Source: the human T2T-CHM13v2.0 reference genome, Homo sapiens. From it: a stretch of 64,000 nucleotides of DNA. Below the pieces are notes generated by a model. It was not told where the DNA came from, did not search any database, and was given only the letters and a program-made list of their open reading frames with translations. Made by a program: the position numbers and the translations under genes. Location: NCBI RefSeq assembly GCF_009914755.1, contig NC_060948.1; one strand, written 5' to 3'. Below, piece by piece: positions 57,380-64,000 of this stretch; the stretch's first letter is position 1, and every line of letters starts with the position of its first letter.

Positions 57380-58802
57380 GTAAGGCTCAAAAACTTGGTA
57401 GGGGAAGTAATGGAAGAAGAGAATTGAATTAGAAAAAAGAGAAGGAAGCAGAGAAGGAATGCTCTTCCTGAGAAATACATGAGTTTTTTATCTATCAAAT
57501 CACAGAAATTATTCTTCTTATGGTTTACAAAGGCATTTCACAATTGATCTATGATTAAATTTCCACAGTATCCCTGTATGATATAGATTACTGTATAATA
57601 TAGGTCATATAACATGATTATTATAGTTATCTTAATTTCTTACTCTTATACTAGTTAAGTAGAATGGATTGATCAAGTTCTTATGGCAGAAGACGAATAG
57701 GACTAACATTAAGACACACTCTCCTAACACAAACAAATTTCTTTTCTACCACACAGTATCCTACATGTGTAATAGAATTATTTTAAATTGAGTATATTTT
57801 AAGTTAAAGATATTATGATGTTTGGAAGCAGCATAGCAGTTGCTAAATAATGTGTTTTATGTGCTGGTGTACTAGACTGTACTACATTGTGATTATCAGT
57901 TTTCTCCTTCCCTTGGCTATCAGAAAACCTATCACAATATTAGCAATGGATATTTCACATTATTGTATATTCATTTATTTCCATAGAAACTGAAGGATCT
58001 CTTTTGGTGTCATGTAATAAATGTGCAATTAACCACAGCTATTTTATAGCTAACACACATTGTCATAGCTACAGTGAATAATACATTAAAACACAAAGGA
58101 GGTCACAATTATTTGCTCACATCCTACAAAGTCTAATTCAAAGACAACTACACTTAAGATCATAGTTATGCTTCTAATTTCATCTATATTTCCTCACCCC
58201 TTCTAGAGAAAGCTTATCTTCATCATTTTTATATCTATACATTTATTAACCAGCATTTCTTCAACTCAGTTTTCTGAGAAATTCTCAAATATTTTTTTAA
58301 AATATGAGCTCTTTCCTTAACCCCAAACTTGAATGTTCTATTTAAACTATAATTTTGATATCACACTAAGATTGTATGTTGAGGAAGATAAGCCCCCACC
58401 AATTTAGGGACAGGTGCCCTATCTCCAAATTTTTCTTTATTTATCTAATATCTCCAAATCAAATCATTTTTGTTGCCTATCTACTTTGACAACTTTTAAG
58501 TAGCTAAAATCATAACTATATAAACGTTGCAATGGGGAGAAAGCTGGAATGACTTCCAACACTTTGACTAAATAAATTTAAGCTAGGACATAAAGAAACT
58601 ATGAACTTGGAAACATAACAGGAGGATAACATTTTTTTAAAGAAAAACATTTAAAAAATGGAAAAGAGGTAGTAATTTGTGTATGCTAGTCATATTTAAC
58701 AATGCTGACCTTGTTAGCAGAAATAGGAGGGATCTAAAATTTTTAAAACATGGTCTACATAGGGCAATTATACTCAAATTAATTGTGTGAATTTTCCCCT
58801 AG

Positions 58803-58937
58803 GCTTTGGCAGATCAGATTTATCTGTGATATGCCATGCCTTGGAAGGCTATGATCATCAGCTGTGGCACAGACCTGCAATGGTTCCATACTTAGCAGCT
58901 CTTGGGTACTCACAGCTGCCCACTGTGTCAGGAACAT
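58803..58937 (+). pseudogene. protease exon with catalytic His
   Basis: MPWKAMIISCG [frameshift] CNGSILSSSWVLTAAHCVRN; phase-2 donor AT|GTAAGT. Confidence 0.9.
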
Positions 58938-59301
58938 GTAAGTTTGTGCCTGCCTCTTCCCATACTCTATAATTCATTATCCCATAATTACGTTGCTGAA
59001 AGTTTATCTGTCCAAATACACTTCTGTAATGCATGACCATATCACTTATACAGATACCTTTTTTTTTTAGGCTTAAAAGAAATTGCCTCACTGTGTTTGG
59101 CTTATTAGTACCTCTGTTAGTTAATTCCTCTGCAATCCCATTGTCTGTGGACTCTTTATTCATAGATTTCTGATTTCAGTGAAGATGAGCTACGGACCTT
59201 GTTTATCATGACTAAAACAATATGCTGGAAAGCCTGATGTAGGTTTAAGGTTCAGGTTTTCTAATGAATGTACTGTAATAAATCTTTGCCTATGAACTCA
59301 G

Positions 59302-59548
59302 GAATCCTGAAGATACTGCTGTGTTACTGGGCCTGAGGCACCCTGGGGCACCACTGAGAGTTGTGAAGGCGTCTATCACTCTACTGCATGAGAGGTTCCA
59401 GTTGGTGAGTGGGGCAGCAAGAAATGACCTGGCATTGCACTCCTCCAAGATGTCCAGACCCGCTTTCAGCTCTTATCACTCTTGGGCTATCTGAAGAACC
59501 TGAATAGCTCAGAATGCTGGCTCTCTGGGCCACAAATCATTATACCAG
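59302..59548 (+). pseudogene. protease exon with catalytic Asp
   Basis: CAG|G acceptor completes ATG; TAVLLG...LLHERF...ARNDLAL [frameshift] ...ECWLSG; phase-1 donor. Confidence 0.88.
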
Positions 59549-60003
59549 GTCATTGGATAATTTTCTTATTAGGATAGTAGTTCTAAAAAAATGAGGTTCA
59601 TATTTTTAATATTACAGTTCAAGGCATAAGTATAATCACATTTGCATATATTATTAATTATAAGATATTTAATCCACATCATAGACCCACTAGGAGGTTT
59701 GTTTTTGGTTTATAAGATGATGGTTCTGATGATAACTTCACAGGATTTTAGATGTAACAAAAGTTATATGAGGAACTTTCTCTGTACAGTCTAGTTTTGT
59801 AAAGCAAAGTAGAGACGATTTCCTTCCCAACTCTTTGCTCACTTTGGAACAAAGGAAAAGGAAGTGTTTTGTATTGTTTTGTTTCATTTTTACCTCTTTA
59901 TGAAAATCTACTCGAAGTTGACTTGGAATTTTGAATTTCAAATGTGAAAATTGACTTGTTAATTTTGCAAAATGGAATTTAAAAAATTATTAAAAAGTGA
60001 CAA

Positions 60004-60682
<679 letters not shown>

Positions 60683-60810
60683 TTATAGACACAAGTTTAA
60701 AGTGATGACGAGATGTAAGTGATAAGACAAATCATAGTTTTATCTTAACACTTAGGGTTTAAATTTAACATATTTTCTTAAGGATAGTTATAGTCCATTT
60801 GTCTTTCTAG

Positions 60811-60942
60811 GACGAACCGATGACAATCCAGAAATATTAGAAGCATGTGATGGAAGCTTCCAGCTATGCCCACCTGTACCCTGACATAGACAGTTCCATT
60901 GTTTGCTTCATTACTCAGGTCAAAGACTCTGATGCAAATGTG
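60811..60942 (+). pseudogene. protease exon (C168-C182 region)
   Basis: TTTCTAG|GA phase-1 acceptor; PEIL [frameshift] VMEASSYAHLYPDIDSSIVCF; phase-0 donor GTG|GT. Confidence 0.75.
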
Positions 60943-61480
60943 GTACACCGTCAATTTTTTTTTCTTACTAGTGATAGGAACCATAACTTTGTCCCTATAC
61001 AAAAGAGTATACTGCATATGCCTAAATGATAAATATAAGTGAATCATTGATCAGTAGGAAACCATTTTAAAACTCTTTAATTACAGAACAAAGTCTCTGA
61101 AAAAATTTTATTGTTAATCTCTGAGTTTTCTTACATGGGTTTTCAATCTCTAGCCACACTATATAGCTAGTATGCTGCTCTACACATAAATTAGACATTC
61201 TATATTATTCTCTTATTCTAATAATAGTATCTTCACACATCAGAGTTTAAAACAAGTCTCATTTTTTCTATTTCTCCAGTTAAAATAACTTTTTAAGATT
61301 TAATTTTCAGTGATTTTTTTGTAGTAATACTTTTGAAAGTGTTTGATCAGGATGGTTTATTATGCATTTATCTGATGTCTCCCTTCCTTCTGAATACATC
61401 TTTTATTATCCACTTATTAAATCTATGATTAATAATTTGGAATAGGGATTTAAATCCAAATGCTATGTTTGAATTTACAG

Positions 61481-61870
61481 GAGTCAGTGAGCCTAGGAAG
61501 TGCCATTATGTGCAGACCAGTATCTGGCAATGGCAGTTGGAGACAAATAGCCTTCACCAGTCTCAAAGCCCTAGCTACTACAGTGAGTCCACATTTTGCC
61601 TGGACTTATCTATTCAGCAAAAGAAGGCCACCCAATAAATCAGGCCCTTGCGCCTTGGGTAGAAACTCCGAAGTCCTCTAGTCTCCTTAAACAGCCAACC
61701 ACACTGCCATTTTCCTCAATAATAATTACTGCAGCCCAAGGACTTTGGTAGCCTAGTGACTATAACCAGTGGTGCCACAGTCTGGTCACAGTATGACAAA
61801 ACACCAGAGTATCAACGAGGAAAATCTTGACTTAGCCTTCCAAAATCTATCTCAATATACCTTCAATAAA
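61481..61870 (+). pseudogene. terminal protease exon and 3' UTR; catalytic Ser absent
   Basis: TTTACAG| phase-0 acceptor; VSLGSAIMC at the GDSGGPLVC position; WRQIA; VSPHFAW; tail to a stop near 61750; AATAAA at 61865-61870. Confidence 0.8.
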
Positions 61871-62363
61871 GATGGCTTTTCTTCATAACAACTGCTTTCT
61901 ACCTACTTCCTGAACTAATGCATGGCCTTGGATTGTTTTTATTCTTGAAAATGATTCAAAAGTTCATATTTAATATGAACATGAATGCAGGATTTTATTC
62001 ATCAGCATAAGAATTTTCAAAATGATGTGAAATCCAAATGTGGAATTATATTTGTGAACTTTGTCTTTCAAATTATATTTTCATACCAACTAACTCACAC
62101 AGTTTTATGTAACTATCTGAATATTCTCCTCAGGTGGGGGAAAACCAGTGTCAGAGTTCTTGAAGAATTTATGAAATAGAAAATGACAATAGTACATAAG
62201 GTTTTACCTATTCACAATACTGTATTTAGTGAATGAAAACATTACTTTTAAAATCCTACTTAAGTACTGAGTAAATAAATAAAGCATATTATTCCAATAA
62301 CTCTAAAGTATGTGTTCATGAAGAAAATACAGCAAGGGTTAAAATGCATAAACAAACAAATGA

Positions 62364-62673
62364 GGCCAGGCATGATGGCTTGTGCCTGTAAGCCCAGCAT
62401 TTTGAGAGGCCAAGGCAGGCAGATAACTTGAGGTCAGGAGTTTGAGACCAGCATGGCAAACATGGTCAAACCCCATCTGGAGTAAAAATGCAAAAATCAG
62501 CTGGACATGGTGGCATGTTCCTGTAATCACACTTCCTCGGGAAGGCTGAGGCAGGGGAATAACTTGAAGCTGGGAGGCAGGGGAATCACTTGAAGCTGGA
62601 AGGCAGAGGTTGAGGTCAGCCAAGATCATGCCACTTCACTCTAGCCTGGGTAACAGAGAGAGATGCTGTCTCA

Positions 62674-62710
<37 letters not shown>
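62364..62710 (+). mobile_element. Alu with a ~26-bp internal duplication and (CA)n tail
   Basis: AGGCAGGGGAAT(A/C)ACTTGAAGCTGG repeated twice. Confidence 0.9.
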
Positions 62711-62712
<2 letters not shown>

Positions 62713-63269
62713 GGAAAAAAAAACTGTACTAGAAAAAGAGCTCACAGGCAAACTCACATATCTAACAGAAAAAAAAAGTGTTCTTTAAACAAAAGTTCCA
62801 CAAGAGGCAAATTAAAAAAACAAATGTATCACTTTGCATATAAAGTACAAATAATAAATTAAAGAGAACCACAAGGGGAAAAAATAAAAATTTACAAGTA
62901 AGTACTCTAAAAGAAGTTGAACGTCACTCAAAATTTTTCTGGATTCTATGTCTCTATATTGCAAAAATGATCATAAAATTTGCAGGAGCAGAACAATCAA
63001 AATGTATCTTAAAACTCAACAATGAGCTAGCTATCCCTTGAGCCTTGCTTCTCACCCACTGACCTTAGACACTTATGCCTATTAGGTGACTTAAGATTCC
63101 CTAATCCTGAAACATGAGTGTTACAGTTCCCTGAAGGCTCTTTCTCCTTCAGCCCATGGATGGCCTAGGATTGCTCACTGCACTCTCTTCCCTGAGGCTT
63201 GTGTTCTCCATGTGGGGCACAGCTCCAATAATCAAAAGCCCCTCAGTCCCAAGCCCAAGACTGCCTAAC

Positions 63270-63817
63270 CTGGCCTCCTCTCTGTTCCCTCTCTAACTGC
63301 CTCCCTCCCTCAGGAAGTACTGCAGGGGATTGAGCCACAGGCCCTGGCTGATGATTGGGGGACTGCAGAAGTGGGTACAGGACAGGTTAGGTCATGGCTC
63401 AAAGCCAATTCCCCAGAGGCCAAGGAATGACCAGCAAGGTTTTTTTCCCATGATGCCCTACCGTGGTGCCCACCTCAGCAATCCTGCCGGGACCTGGGTA
63501 GCCATGGTCAGCCAACTAGCTGAAGAAGGTCACATGGAGGTGCACTGCCTGAAGCTGGAGGCTTAACCTTCATGATCCCACAACCACTGGACTGCAGTGG
63601 AATGAGACACCCAGTTTCTTGGAGGGATGGGAAACAGGAAGTTTCAGGCCAGACCTACCCTCCCACACACAACTTCCACTACCATGCTGGGAGTCACTCC
63701 TGACCGAGGATGCCAACACAGTACTCCTGAATGACCACTTCATTGTGGAAGTAAAGATTGTGACAAAAGGAAAACTTCATCCTGATGCCGGTACCCGGGG
63801 TGGCTGAGTTCCTCCAC
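63270..63817 (-). pseudogene. intron-containing TSPY-type (NAP/SET domain) pseudogene; three exons visible, upstream exons beyond the window end
   Basis: Minus exons 63817-63705 (VEELSHP...FSFCHNLYFHNEVVIQEY), ~63618-63474 (SHSTAVQW...TFFS*LADHGYPGPGRIAE) and 63362-63270 (IISQGLWLNPLQYFLRE), separated by 86-111-bp GT-starting introns. They match TSPY motifs NPYFQNKVITKEY, SHSTPIEW, FFNWFSDH...IAE and DLWRNPLQYY. Confidence 0.85.
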
Positions 63818-64000
63818 CTCCCTGGCCAAGAGGGAGAAAGAAGATGGACTCAAAGGACCATTTCATGTACCTGGACTAAGGTGGCCTGCTACATGTGTTT
63901 TCCTTTCCCAGCTCTCCCTCTTAGATACCCCTGGGCCCCATGGGGACTTCAACCAGACCCAGATGCCTGACCCCTCCCGCTGATCCAGGCTCCGCAGCAT

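Noticed and set aside
63330-63970. Three plus-strand ORFs of 61-78 aa
   Set aside because: They are antisense to the TSPY-like exons and have no motifs of their own.

Overview
Primate genomic DNA, almost certainly human because it carries an AluYa5 with all five diagnostic changes. I found no intact protein-coding gene. Bases 1-53,000 are AT-rich and repeat-dominated: Alus, L1/L2/MIR remnants, a near full-length hAT (BLACKJACK-type) DNA transposon at ~9,962-13,405, a solo LTR12 inside an Alu, and a two-LTR HERV-E (LTR2B-type, tRNA-Glu PBS) provirus at 24,830-33,567. The provirus has an internal PR/RT deletion and a foreign solo LTR inserted in pol. The most interesting part is 53,073-64,000, which holds two convergent fossil genes that the ORF track does not reveal. 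(1) On +, a multi-exon pseudogene: a giant exon with ~35 degenerate 66-bp units (Trp every 11 residues, consensus ~WTQAESPAVNP/WTQPVADTVTP), then the C-terminal tail of a deleted trypsin-like domain and a Ser/Thr linker. Four spliced exons follow, encoding a second trypsin-family domain that keeps His and Asp but lacks the catalytic Ser. (2) On -, an intron-containing TSPY-type (NAP/SET domain) pseudogene. Family and subfamily names come from recognising the sequence, not from database searches; the chromosomal location cannot be determined from the window.
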